Shown here piece by piece: positions 12,209 through 26,016 of a stretch of DNA of 64,000 nucleotides. The translations under genes and the position numbers were made by a program. The stretch's first letter is position 1. The number at the start of each line of letters is the position of its first letter. The DNA is from Octopus vulgaris (Eukaryota). The notes under the pieces were generated by a model. That model was not told the DNA's origin, searched no databases, and saw only the letters and a list, made by a program, of their open reading frames with translations. The DNA lies in assembly GCA_951406725.2 (NCBI GenBank), contig OX597821.1, forward strand, positions 37,386,001 through 37,450,000, written 5' to 3'.

Positions 12209-12891
12209 CATCGTGACATATAATTTCCATTTACATATGGCTAACCCCTAAGGGTGGATGCTACTGTAGTTTGTAGTCCTCCAGCTGGCTTTAGACACAC
12301 CTTCTGTGCCCTATCAGTATTTGCAAAGGGAAGCCATCCTTCCCGTCTTCAACTTATGATACACACGGACTCGAGTTTCTGCATATTGACCCGTCATATA
12401 TGTAAATGGATATGTAAGTAAACAGACAGATAAATAGGTAGATAAGTACATAGGCAATACGGGCAGACAAGCACACACACAGACACACACACACATACAT
12501 ACACATATGAAGACTGAAACACATGACCATATACACACATGCACACACATACAATCACACAAACACATGAATATGCAGAATACATACATACAAACGTACA
12601 AGCACGCATACACTCACATATATATATGTGTGCATTCACACACATACATGCATAAACATACATACATACATATATACATATGTGTATATACATGCACAGT
12701 GATGCACAAACATGCGCACAAACAAACAAAAAGAACGCCGCTCTGCTAACGGACAGAGCCAACGGCTATTGAAAAGGGTGCAAGACACAATGAAAATTTT
12801 AGAAAAAAATATATAAGTAAATGAATGGAAATCGAACCGGTGCGTGTGTTAATAGGACACTACTAGAGAATGACTTTCTCCAGGTTCAATA

Positions 12892-12930
<39 letters not shown>

Positions 12931-13224
12931 TATGTACACACATACACACATACGCGCGCACACGCACACACGTATATATATATATGTATATATATTTATG
13001 TATATATACATACACACACATATATACATAGACACATCATAGTTACATATAATTGGTATGTGTATGCATACATATATTTAACCACGGTATATATCAGCGT
13101 ACGTAAACAAGCGTTTTCATTAGATAACTTTTACCAAAGCAGTTTCAGTTCTCCGACTTAGGTTTTTTGCCAAAAGAGAGTAACAAAGTTAGCAAGGAAA
13201 TTTTAAAGCAATGCAAGACTACGT

Positions 13225-13860
<636 letters not shown>

Positions 13861-14568
13861 TTATGAAGAAACTCACCAATGCATAAAAAATAATCCAGAC
13901 TTTAGCACTAATAGCGAGAGATATGTACATTATAAAAATGCATGCAGTCACTTACTCACATATACACATACACATAAAGCATACACAAATATACGCGCGT
14001 GTATGTGTGTGTTGGGGTTGCGTGTGCTAGTGTATCCAACGTATCTCTAAGTTTAAGAATAGATGATATTCATAATTTTAGGTATATTTATATATGCAGG
14101 GAAATCTTAAGTGTTTTAGACTTTTGGCTACTATCTCGTTTTACTTCTTAAACAAATTTCATTTCTTTCAAGAAAACGACTAAGATAAAATAAATATATT
14201 TTTATAAAATTATTTTCAATCGATATTTTTACTTTCCGTTCTTAATATAATTCAATAATTTTTATTTCACTCAAAATGTGTTTCAATATTGTGACTAAAA
14301 AAAGCATTTTCTTTATTTTTTATTGATATTCATTTCAAATCACATTTAGATTTTAAATTGCTTCCTTCCATGCGTATAAGTCAGGTGAAGACCTGCGCAC
14401 AAACAAGCGATATTACTTCATCTGCTTCTGTTACCCAACACAACCAAGTGACGTACTTTCCCCAATTTTTATGCTTTATTCTAATAAATCATATTCCGAA
14501 AATTCTATGTGAGAAGCGTAATATCAATATATTTTGTGTATAATATCCTACGTGCTTCACTTAACATG

Positions 14569-14571
<3 letters not shown>

Positions 14572-14624
<53 letters not shown>

Positions 14625-14667
14625 GTATATATGTATATGTATATATGTATGTGTATATGTATATATG

Positions 14668-14731
<64 letters not shown>

Positions 14732-14860
14732 TGTGTGTGCAAGTTTGTGTGTATATATATATGAAAAATATATATGTATTTATATGTATATACATGTATG
14801 TATATATCTATATGTATGTACATTCATATATGCATATATGTATGTGTGTGTGTATGTGTG
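14572..14860. repeat. Degenerate (TA)n/(TATG)n array
   Basis: Direct inspection. Confidence 0.93.
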
Positions 14861-15569
14861 CGAAGGAGATTATGTGTATTTCATACTTATATCAACGAAT
14901 TCAGGAATCAAAATTAGATTTTTCTCTTTCACGTCTGTATTTGGTATAAATGTAAAACTAAAATGTCGAAATGGATAAGAGTAAAATAGATATGGATACT
15001 AGATAGAACAGACGAATTTTGAATGAAGCTATAAAATAGTAAGACTTGTTGATTGCCATACATTGTATGAAAGCAATAATAACAATACAAGCTGTCTTCA
15101 AGGAAGTTTAGATATGAAAGATGAGCAGTATTTTAGGCTGACGTAGGACGAATGTTAACATTTAAGGTTTATAACTTAAATAATGGCCAAATATTTGGAT
15201 TCATGTAAAGAATTTTGTGGATATATATATATATATATATATATATTGTACAACTGTAATAATACCATCTGTGTATGATAATAATATTAAAAAACTTTTA
15301 ATTTGGATTTATAAGAGAGATATGGAGATTTAAATATTTATTTTCATATTAATTTCTTTACTACATCATTAAATGCCTGTAATTTACGTCGCGACGTAAA
15401 TAGCAAGTTTTCGAAATTTCAAAGAAAAAAAGATTGTAAATCTCAGATCTGTCTGTCTGTCTGTCTTATGGACGGACGATAGTCACATCGGCTCATAGTA
15501 AGGTTGCCTTTTATTGCCTTCAAAAGTTTGTGTTTGGATAATATTTTTATGTAAAAGTTGTGCAACAAC

Positions 15570-15824
15570 TAATACATTCGGTTGTGCGAATTCTTTGCAC
15601 GGGAAACCTGCCCTGTGTGGCGTGTTTCCCGATTTTGTAAATTTGTTTTCGGCTTTCCTAGCCATTTCTGTTTTGAGGATGGCGTCTTCAAGCCATGAAG
15701 TCGTTGTTGAAAAGAACGGTGGTCTCCTTGACAACGCTTACGACGTTGATTTCCCTACACTGCCTTCACCACAGCTTCATGAAGAAGGGGAGAAGCAACA
15801 CTTGTTGGATTTTCCTTGGACAAT
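15570..15824 (-). other. Candidate host-gene exon (downstream boundary uncertain)
   Basis: Non-repetitive, GC-richer island preceded on the minus strand by a pyrimidine tract and AG (tatctctttcttgaag|ATTG). No recognisable protein family. Confidence 0.3.
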
Positions 15825-16235
15825 CTTCAAGAAAGAGATACACTTTTTTGTTATTTAACTTTAAAGAGGTTATTGAATAATAAACATTGGGTTTAAGCAT
15901 CATTATTTTAAGCTACAACTGAAACATTCTAAATTATTTATTTTGTAGTAATATCCGACAAGCAGCATGAACAATGCATATTTTCGTGTTATATTTATCG
16001 TTTGCGATATGACGTGAAATTCCGAGCACTAATTCCAGCCATCGCTTGAACTCCAGAGCAAGCAGGCATCAAACTGGATTATAAATAACGAAAATGGTGA
16101 AATTGCCAATAAAATTGATTTGTCAAAGTAATTAATTAGAAAGCCTCATTTTATAACTTTTCTATATATAAAAAATTACATATCCAGACTGTAATCCAGA
16201 AGCGATCTAATGGCATCATGTTCTTTTCATTAAGC

Positions 16236-16716
16236 TGGCTGTGTGGTAAGAAGCTTGCTTCCCAACCACATGGTTCCAGGTTCAGTCCCATTGCATGGTA
16301 CCTTGAGCAAGGGTCTTTTACTACAGCCTCGGACCGACCAAAGCTTTGCGAGTCGATTTGGTAGACGGTAACTGAAGAAGCCCGTCGTATGCACACACAA
16401 ACACACACACACACATACACACACACACAGACACACACGCACAAACACACACACGCACACGCGCGCGCACCCCCCACACGCACGCATATATTTGTGCATG
16501 TATATCTGTGTTTGTACCCCTGTCATCGCTTGACAATCGATGCTGGTGTGTTTATGTCCCCGTAATTTAGCGGTTCGGCAAAATAGACCGATAGAATAAG
16601 TACTAGGCTTACAAAGAATAAGTTTTGGGATCGATTTCTTCGACTAACACCATTTAAGGCGGTGCTCCAGCATGGCCGCAGTCAAATGGCTGAAACGTGT
16701 AAAAGAATAAAAGAAT
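16236..16716 (+). mobile_element. SINE family A (tRNA head, CORE-like domain, internal microsatellite, conserved tail)
   Basis: TGGCTGTGTGGTAAG (box A), GGTTCAGTCCC (box B), ACCTTGAGCAAG CORE-like motif, tail ...CAGCATGGCCGCAGTCAAATG.CTGAAAC..GTAAAAGA. Confidence 0.9.
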
Positions 16717-17404
16717 ATATAAAAAATCTAATACACATATGTGTTTGTCCTATAAAGTTGGAATATGAGGTGGTATCAAAACGCTCCTGGACTAGTTGAA
16801 CGCATTTACATGGCCTGAGTTAATTGGAGCAACTAACATTTATTTAGAAACATTCAGCTATTGTGTAAAAGAATATCGAATGACTAAGACCTAATCAGAT
16901 GTTACTTTGGATGTTTGATAAGCAATAAATGTACTTTCACCCGCTTAGATATTAATTATCATACAAATAGCGTTTCAGAATATTTCAATATTTGATAAAA
17001 TTGGTCGAAATAACAAAATGAAATCAAAGAAATAGTTTCTAATTATTTCAGTCTTTGAAAACAAATCTTGTATCCAGGATGCAAAGTTTGTTCGTTGTGA
17101 GAGGAAGCATAGTAGAGAAGGAGAGACAGAGGGAGTGAAAGCGAGGAGAGGAGAGAGAGAGAGAATGAGCGGGAGTAAGAGAGAGAGGGGGAGAGAGGGG
17201 AAAAAGAGAGCGAGAAAGAGTATTTCTTTATTCACCATAAGGTTGAGAAAAAGAGGGGACAAAACAAACGTTGGGGTCAGGGTATCGAATGAGACGAAAC
17301 ATATGAATAAACAAACAATTAAAATATATACAATTAAATGAGAATGAGTGATTAACAAAAAATGAAGCGGAGGACGTAGTTGACCCCACAAACCACATAC
17401 TCAC

Positions 17405-17630
17405 ACTGAAGACTTTGCTTTCTCCTTTTCTACATTCCCGATTAAACAGGTTCTTTCACTCGCAACATACTTGCTATATACTTCCATCTTTTACGAAACA
17501 CACTTTGCGACAGGCATTCTTCTAGAGAGAGAGAAAGAAAGAGAGAGCGAAAAAGAGAGAGAGAGAGAGAGAGTGTATGTGAGGAGTGAATGAGAGAGAG
17601 AGAGAGAGGGAGAGGGAGAGGGCGGGAAAA
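17405..17630 (-). promoter_or_regulatory. Candidate promoter and first exon ((TC)n-rich leader, GC box, strong donor)
   Basis: GGGCGGG at about 17620; TC-rich leader on the minus strand; donor CAGT|GTGAGT at 17404-17399. Confidence 0.3.
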
Positions 17631-17830
17631 TATCTCAATGAAACGAAGGAACGTATAATTCCTTTGTCGTTTACAAATGATTTCTCATAATTTTAGTACA
17701 AATGACTTTTCATATATTTCTTAATTGATACAAAAGAAAAGAATAGAGAAAAGTATTAGAGATTAAACATAATCAAAGTAGTTATTGCTATACATTGACA
17801 GAGTAAAAATGTCTACAAATCCATATTTAC

Positions 17831-17864
17831 CTGAAACCTTGAATATTGTCGGCAACACAGAAGA
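17831..17864 (-). other. Candidate 34-nt micro-exon
   Basis: ttttaatattcag|TCTTCTGTGTTGCCGACAATATTCAAGGTTTCAG|gtaaat. Confidence 0.4.
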
Positions 17865-18173
17865 CTGAATATTAAAATTGATTTTGGATTCAACAGATTA
17901 TGGTGTTAACAGGTTCTACTAAAATAATAAATTAATCTAAACGAAGAAATCAATTCTTACAATGGCAACCAATCAGCAACAACGAAACGAATGCTAAAAC
18001 AATCCTTCATAGCAGTGAAGTATCACTAAATCATGTAATCTTGTGGTGGGAATTCTTCTTAATTGTAATCACTCCAAGATTACAAAGGTCACAAACTAAA
18101 TAGCAGCCACATCTTTAGTAAGACGCCATTTAATAATAAATCTATTCATGTAATTATGCTTTTGCTCCAGAGT

Positions 18174-18221
18174 AAATAAATGTTCAAGCAAATAAATGTT
18201 CAAGCAAATAAATGTTCAAGC
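18174..18221. repeat. 3 x 16-bp perfect tandem repeat (AAATAAATGTTCAAGC)
   Basis: Direct inspection. Confidence 0.95.
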
Positions 18222-18680
18222 TCTTTTTGATTAGTTTCTATATTGAGGTTAATCATTCTACACAATTCCGGATTAAGTGTTTTTCTATGCATTTTTTATA
18301 ACAGTAATCAATTAGACACTGTATGGAAATACGTAAAAAATCATCTGTATATTATTATGAATAAACATTTAAAATGATGTCGAAGCAAAACGTTTGCCTG
18401 ACTCTGGAGATACGTTGTTGTTTTAAATAAACCTATCAGTCGCGAAACTTACAGTAAAACTATCTCCTTTTCTCATTCAAAAAAACTAAAGCTGAAACAA
18501 CTGCATAAACATACCCTTTCATCTTCTCAATAAATATCTATATTATAATAGATCTATCTACCTAAATATCGTAATACTTTGCTACTATCCAGTTTCGATA
18601 ATAATGTATTAACCTTATTCAATTACTTTCAAAAAAAGATATTTCTTTCATTCAAGCTTTATATCGCAATGACAAAATAC

Positions 18681-18806
18681 CGTCACTTCCATGATTTTCT
18701 GCTCATGATTGCACTCAGTAAGTGTAGGGTAGGCGGTACCTGTCGTGTTTGGTTTCACATTGCTTCTGCCTCCGTTGTTGCTGTTGCTCTCTAAGTAGGA
18801 AAAGAT
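18681..18806 (-). other. Candidate 126-nt exon
   Basis: cttcttcaattgtag|ATC...GTGACG|gtattt. Open in phase 0: IFSYLESNSNNGGRSNVKPNTTGTAYPTLTECNHEQKIMEVT. Confidence 0.3.
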
Positions 18807-18859
18807 CTACAATTGAAGAAGATGGTTATTAAATAATTCATTGAAAAACTGCAAACAGA

Positions 18860-18948
18860 TCTACCTACCTACCTACCTACCTACCTACCTACCTACCTAC
18901 CTACCTACCTACCTACCGACCTACCTACCGACCTACCTACCGACCTAC

Positions 18949-19018
<70 letters not shown>
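18860..19018. repeat. (CCTA)n/(TCTA)n microsatellite
   Basis: Direct inspection. Confidence 0.95.
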
Positions 19019-19020
<2 letters not shown>

Positions 19021-19110
19021 TCTTCTTTTTCCATTTCTCTTTTCTTTTGTTCCTTTTCCTTTTTTTTCTTTTTTTCTTTTTTTTTCTTTTATTTTATTTA
19101 TTTTTTTATT

Positions 19111-19141
<31 letters not shown>

Positions 19142-19292
19142 TTTTTGTTCCTTTCTTCCCTTTTACGATCCCTCTTGATCGAAAACCTACGCCACCCCTT
19201 TTTTTTTCTTTTTTTTTTCATCCCCCAAAAGAAAAGCTCTACCTTGTAACTTGTCTCATCTGTGTGCAGCCCTGTGTGGCCAATAAAGAAAC
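19019..19292 (+). mobile_element. 3'UTR remnant of an L1/Tx1-like LINE inserted in a (TATC)n array
   Basis: T-rich UTR ending TGTGTGCAGCCCTGTGTGGCCAATAAAGAAAC, similar to the tail of 58718-59350; (TATC)n on both sides. Confidence 0.55.
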
Positions 19293-19366
<74 letters not shown>

Positions 19367-19750
19367 GTCTGTCTGTCTACACACACAAATATAATAAAGC
19401 CAAACCAAATGTTGATATTCTGAGTGAATTTAACACACGTTTGAGACATTACGTAACAGAGAGAAAAAAAAAAGAATGTATCTCTAACGTAACATCTTCA
19501 GTTAAGACATTTCAAAATACTGAGTTGAAAAATTCTGGTAAAGTACATTGCTCTTAAACATAACACGATAGGAGGCTTTAAAAGGTAGCGGCCAAACCTT
19601 GTCCTGGGTACGTCCCTAGTAGTGTAGCTTGAGGGAACGTTCACCACATACGGCTGCCAGGTGTCATTCGCGGTACTGTACTTTAGCCGCAGGATCTACG
19701 TAAGGAATTCCTCGGTGAATATGCCTTCACTATCAATTATTTAATATATA

Positions 19751-19781
<31 letters not shown>

Positions 19782-19818
19782 GTTTATTTGTATATATATA
19801 TATATATATGTTTATTTG

Positions 19819-19852
<34 letters not shown>

Positions 19853-19900
19853 CACAAATAAACATATATATATATATATATATATACACATACACAAATA

Positions 19901-19962
<62 letters not shown>

Positions 19963-19964
<2 letters not shown>

Positions 19965-20127
19965 CGCAGGAGTGGCTGTGTGGTAAGTAGCTTGCTAACC
20001 AACCACATGGTTCCGGGTTCAGTCCCACTGCGTGGCATCTTGGGCAAGTGTCTTCTGCTATAGCCCCGGGCCGACCAATGCCTTGTGAGTGGATTTGGTA
20101 GACGGAAACTGAAAGAAGCCAGTCGTA

Positions 20128-20164
<37 letters not shown>

Positions 20165-20380
20165 ATGTGTTTGTGTGTCTGTGTTTGTCCCCCTAGCATT
20201 GCTTGACAACCGATGCTGGTGTGTTTACGTCCCCGTCACTTAGCGGTTCGGCAAAAAGAGACCGATAGAATAAGTACTGGGCCTACAAAGAATAAGTCCC
20301 GGGGTCGATTTGCTCGACTAAAAGGCGGTGCTCCAGCATGGCCGCAGTCAAATGACTGAAACAAGTAAAAGAGTAAAAGA
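19963..20380 (+). mobile_element. SINE family A, full-length young copy
   Basis: Runs from GGCGCAGGAGTGGCTGTGTGGTAAG to ...GTAAAAGAGTAAAAGA; near-identical to the reverse complement of 47407-47822. Confidence 0.93.
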
Positions 20381-20513
20381 TATATATATATACACCCACT
20401 TTTATTCTTTAGCTGAAGAGTTAAAAATAGAAAATACTTTACGTCTGTCTAACATGTAAATCTTTGTGATTCCTAAAAGCAAATGAAACACGTGTAATGG
20501 AAAATAAATAGTA

Positions 20514-20674
20514 CTTTACCTTCGAAACGCGGAGTAGATGAAACAGGGACAAACATATTCTTTATGTTGCATGTCTCTTTTCTCTGTTTGTTTATTTCGT
20601 TGTTCGAAAAAATGTTCGTTTTCTGTTTTTGTTTTTATGTTTTCGTTGTTCAACGTTCTTTTGATGTCCTGTAC

Positions 20675-20677
<3 letters not shown>
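20514..20677 (+). repeat. Interspersed ~170-bp repeat ending at (TA)n (second copy 34591-34770, inverted)
   Basis: TTACCTTCGAAACGCGGAGTAGA.GAAACAGGGACAA...TTTTGATGTCCTGTACCCATATA is shared with the reverse complement of 34591-34770. Confidence 0.8.
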
Positions 20678-21067
<390 letters not shown>

Positions 21068-21433
21068 CAAGAGTAAATGAATGGAGTAAATAGGATCCGG
21101 GTTACATATGTTTCATAGCAGGCGAAACCTCAGAAGTGGTAAATATCTAAGCGACGTGTGTACCGTAGGCTATTCTTTAGGCTAAGGATATCTTGATTAA
21201 ATGAAAGTTTACATTGTCGCAAGAAGGTACGTGTTAACACATGGATGGAGGTACATGTTAACACATTGAATCTTCCATGTGTTAACATGTACCTCCTTGC
21301 GACAATGTAAAGTTTCAGTTAATCAAGATATCCTTGGCCTGAAGTGTTGCCTACGGTATACATCTCGCTTGGATATTTACCGCTATGAAAAATATGTAAC
21401 CCGGATCTTATCTACTCCATTGCTTAACTCTTG
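21068..21433. mobile_element. 366-bp fold-back (palindromic) MITE with TA flanks
   Basis: TA|CAAGAG...CTCTTG|TA. Arms are complementary almost throughout, e.g. GATCCGGGTTACATAT/ATATGTAACCCGGATC, AAGGATATCTTGATTAA/TTAATCAAGATATCCTT, TTTACATTGTCGCAAG/CTTGCGACAATGTAAA. Confidence 0.88.
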
Positions 21434-21641
21434 TATTCTTATACGCACACCCGGCAATTTTGGTCGCCTACCATGAAATATAAAAAGAACTTTTTTTAGT
21501 TCATTGTACTTCGATACGAAAAATTTCCACCACCTTCCGCCTTAATAAACCACTTTTGTCCCTGAAAGTTGATTTTTATATTTACTACGAATTGCTTGAA
21601 ACTAACTTTCTTCCTACACCTCGATCCATGGGTCTTACATA

Positions 21642-21855
<214 letters not shown>

Positions 21856-22682
21856 AATCTATCCATCTACAATTACTGTAATCTTTAAGTGCTAGTATTT
21901 AAATAATTCAATAAATCTTTTGAAATCTGATGGATGAGTATTCATATGTCTAAAGACTAATAGGAGAACATCGTCGTATAATCTGAAATTTGCTACGTAA
22001 GTCCGCGAATCTTATAAGGATTACATGTAAAATGCCTAATGAAATCCTTTCGTGAATTTTTGCTGCAACCATGGAATCCATAGTGACACGAATAAAACAA
22101 TTCCATATTGGTAAATCTATAGAGTATTATCAAAATATGATATCGATCCTGCATGTACAAAATGCTTTGTCTCCAAACTATTTTGCTGACAGTAGGGTAA
22201 TAATCAATGATATCCAACTTTGAGAATTTGTTTTGTTATTTGTTATTTACAGCATTAAACTAAATGGAAGATTTTGACTCCAGAAAACTAGGTATGCAAT
22301 TCATCTAATTTTAAGAATTGTATTGTGTAAGGGAAATTTACAAATTATTCCTATTTCGGTTTTGGGTTAATTAATATAAACGGTAGATTTACTGATGGAA
22401 TTCAATTTAAGGTCCTCAGAAGTAAAGTATGGCTTGTGCAATGCTGGAAATTCAACGCTGTCATCTCAGTTTAAATTTGAAGTGATTTCTTTGGCTTCTG
22501 AATTATTGAGTTGATTTTATTTCTGTCGTTTTTTGAACCTGTTGGAAATCAATTTGTACGTATTAAGATCTATTTCATGTGTTTTTGTTTCGCCTGATTG
22601 AACAATAATTTTGGTTTGAGAGTTGAAGTGATGGTTTTCCTAAAATAGTTCTTAGTTATTTTAATACTTTTCCAATCATACA

Positions 22683-23080
22683 TCTCTCTCTATATAAAGC
22701 TGAAGTTGTCTGTATATGGCAGGTTTGGTAGCCTTCAACTAACACTATCTCCTCCGAGACCCTGCGGCGCAAGTTGACCAAAATTGAGAGTATAATAGAA
22801 GAAGGCTTGCTCTTCATTCCGTAGAAGAAAAAATTCAAATCGGACCATGTTAACACCAAAAATTATTTACATAAAAAAGGTGCTTTTTTTCTATGAAAAT
22901 CCCTATTTTTTAAGATTCTTTGACTGCTGTGTCGCCATTTTTCGGTGTATTTCAACCAGAAAAATGTTCACTTAAAGAGAATAACAAGTTACATAATGCA
23001 AAACTTTTACTTTTCAAAAATTCCAATTCTAAAGGGTCGAAAAGAAAACAAGCCCGAGCAACGCTGGGTGATACTGCTAG
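22683..23080 (+). mobile_element. Non-autonomous Helitron, copy 1
   Basis: A|TC 5' end; 3' hairpin CCCGAGCAACGCTGGG then CTAG|T. Second copy at 50944-51455. Confidence 0.88.
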
Positions 23081-24765
23081 TTTCTAATAAAACTGAATAG
23101 AGCCGTTTGAAAGTGTTTCAGCAACGTTTTGAATTTTGAATCCAGATTTGTTGCCCATAGGCAAATCATTGCCATCTTGCCGAAAATACAAATGTTTATT
23201 TTACAAGTGTCACTTTGATACAAAAGCTAAAACGTCCAACTCAAAAAAAAGTTTTGGTATTTAACACGAGTCCGTCAATTTTGAGGGGAGGGGTATTGAC
23301 AATACTTCTGAGAATTAGTGATACAATAATGATGTATTGTGAGAGAATAAAAAAAAAGCCGAAGCAATTACAGAATAGATATTAATTATAATTGAATAAA
23401 AGACGTATTTCGAATCAGTAAATACGCTGCGTGCATCAGAGTCCATTCTGTTGACATATCTTGATTTAATTTAGGAAGTGCCAATATTCTTCATTCTCTT
23501 CAGATGCACAGAAATTATATACAGTCCTTTCTACAGAAATACGCGTATGTAAATGGGACAGACTTGTATGACAAATATTGTCCCTTGTTGAGTAATAGTA
23601 CCTGCGTTTGAGATAATTGTTAAATGAAACAGGTGACTAGGACCACAGGGATAATTACTAGTGTCATGGAAATAAATACTATATGCAATTAGAAACACAA
23701 AACGTATGTCTAACAAAGTATCTCTGTATTATGAATTGTTATATAACTCTTAAATACCAAAGATAAATATTCTTCCTTTGTTATGCAAGATCTGATTAAA
23801 TGTTTCGCGGTTCCAGTACTTCAGCGTCTTGTCGTATTGATTTTAACATTGATGCTGAATTAATAGAACATTTATTAGCCAATATAATATTATCATAGGA
23901 ACATGTTATTATGCTTAAAGAGACAGGCGACTCTCTCAGTACATATCAAATGAAATAATCAATCTCTCATATATCACGAAAGAATGATTATCAAATAACA
24001 ATGAAGTAGATGTATATATCTACATTTTAATTATTCAGTAAATCTATAAAATATTTCATGCATACATACAAATGTTTACTGAGGAGCTGAAGATTTTAAA
24101 AAGAAAAAGAAAAAGTTATTAACAAACCTAAATTGAAATTACGCAGGTAAAACATTAAAGCAGTGTAAACTGGAAACACGAATGTTTGTCTATCATTAAC
24201 GCAATCCATTATTATTATGAAATGATTTCACGACACAAATGAACAAGATTAAAAACAAATAAATTCTTACGGACTGTCATTAGTTGCTAGCAATTGGTAG
24301 TTACAATTGCATCTCTATAATTTTACATCTTATCTCGTATTAATATTTATTTCCCATTGCGGTAAAACCAACAGAACATTGAAGATAAGCGTCTGTCAGT
24401 ATATGTTTAAACTGTCACCGGTGAATAATGGCAAAATACCAAATAGAACACCTTGCAATATTTAGGCTTAGTAGCTTGTAGCAGGCAGAAGTGTTTTTGC
24501 TGGCACAAGAAGAAGCAGGAATACAATTAAACTTGATACTTACTCATTTAAAATTTTATAAAGCTAGTATTTTCTGTAAATATGCAACATCTAAACTTCT
24601 AAACCTTTATTAAATATACAAGTATTTGTTTTATTTATTTTAAAAATAAAACAACCAGAAACTAAATTCGAACTTTTCTGCGTTCACCACAAACAACCAC
24701 AAAATATGGTAAGCACTGGCAACATTTATTTACTTAGAAATAAACACAACATGATTTATGTAATA

Positions 24766-25313
24766 CAGTAATGCCTCGATATACGAGTTTATTTGTTCCC
24801 GGAGATCACTCGTAGACCGAAAATACGTAAAGCAGAGCAATAATTTCCCATCGTAGCAATGTTATAAGTCGTAATTCGGTCGCAGAAAAATATTTTACCT
24901 GTAAAATTTATAATACTCGTAAATAAATGGCAATAAAACAACAGTAAAACGTAAAGAATATTTTATGTCAAGTAAAAAGATTGTCAAGATCATTTATAAT
25001 AAAAAAAATTATCAATTACAATCATTTTCTTAATCACTTTCACTAACACTAGACTCGTGCTTACCATCTCACTTGTAGACGCGATCGCCGATTTACAAGC
25101 ACTCGTAGACGGACTCGTAGATTTTTTTTATTTGCTTAGGCGAAGCTTTTTTTTTGCTCTTTATAAATTTCTCGGTAATACGCAGAAGCAATTGCTATGG
25201 GAGTAGAAACGTTTGCACATCGTTCAAAATTTGGATCTTGTGCTTGAAAAATAAATAAAACTCGTAAACCTGGTGTCTCGTAAAGCGGGTCCTCGTAAAG
25301 TGAGGTGTCACTG
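24766..25313. mobile_element. Tigger/pogo-like (Tc1-mariner superfamily) MITE
   Basis: TA|CAGTAATGCCTCGATATACGAG...CTCGTAAAGTGAGGTGTCACTG|TA imperfect TIRs; repeated subterminal CTCGTA motifs. Confidence 0.8.
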
Positions 25314-25782
25314 TATTCATGAAGCTAGGGACCGTACTTTTCTTCAATTTTAAGCAATAAAATAGAAAAAATCCTGGAGGTATACTAGATTCAATGGAAA
25401 TTAAATCTACTTATTACAGGGCTAATACAGTGAAAATATGAAAATTTTAAAGCAGATAATGGAACATTAATCCGGATCGTTCAGAAGGTTGCGTTGTTGT
25501 AAGGCTTCAACTTGTTTTGGTCGTTGCCTTTTAAGTCAATTGATTGTATAAGTGACTATTCAGGTATTTACCATAGGGTTTAGACTTCCTCTCTCCTCCG
25601 TTCTTTCTCTATCTCCCACTATAACTCACAGCGATATTCAATATCTGGAAACATACACGCGCACACACACACGCATACACACACGCACACACGCACACAC
25701 ACACATATAACGTTTATGTGTGTGTGTATATTTGCATATATGTATGTATATGTAATACACACCCACAAACATAGATACATAC

Positions 25783-25814
<32 letters not shown>

Positions 25815-26016
25815 GTTAATCCAAACATGAAAGAACAAAAAAAATCACAACAACGCGAGGACGTGGATCACATATAGTATTATTGGACGCTCAGGAAAGA
25901 AGGAATGAAGGATGGTTTAACGTTTCGAGCGGAGCTCTTCGTCGGAAACACAGGAGAAGGAAAGATCCAGAGAAGGGAAGACAGAGGAAAAAAAATCGCC
26001 AACGGTACACACGCGG

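Noticed and set aside
15483-15858. ORFs 15483..15734(-) and 15514..15858(+) as stand-alone genes
   Set aside because: Non-ATG starts and no recognisable domain; treated only as a candidate exon.
16765-16800. Mariner-like TIR start (TATGAGGTGGTATCAAAA)
   Set aside because: No matching second TIR or transposase remnant found nearby.
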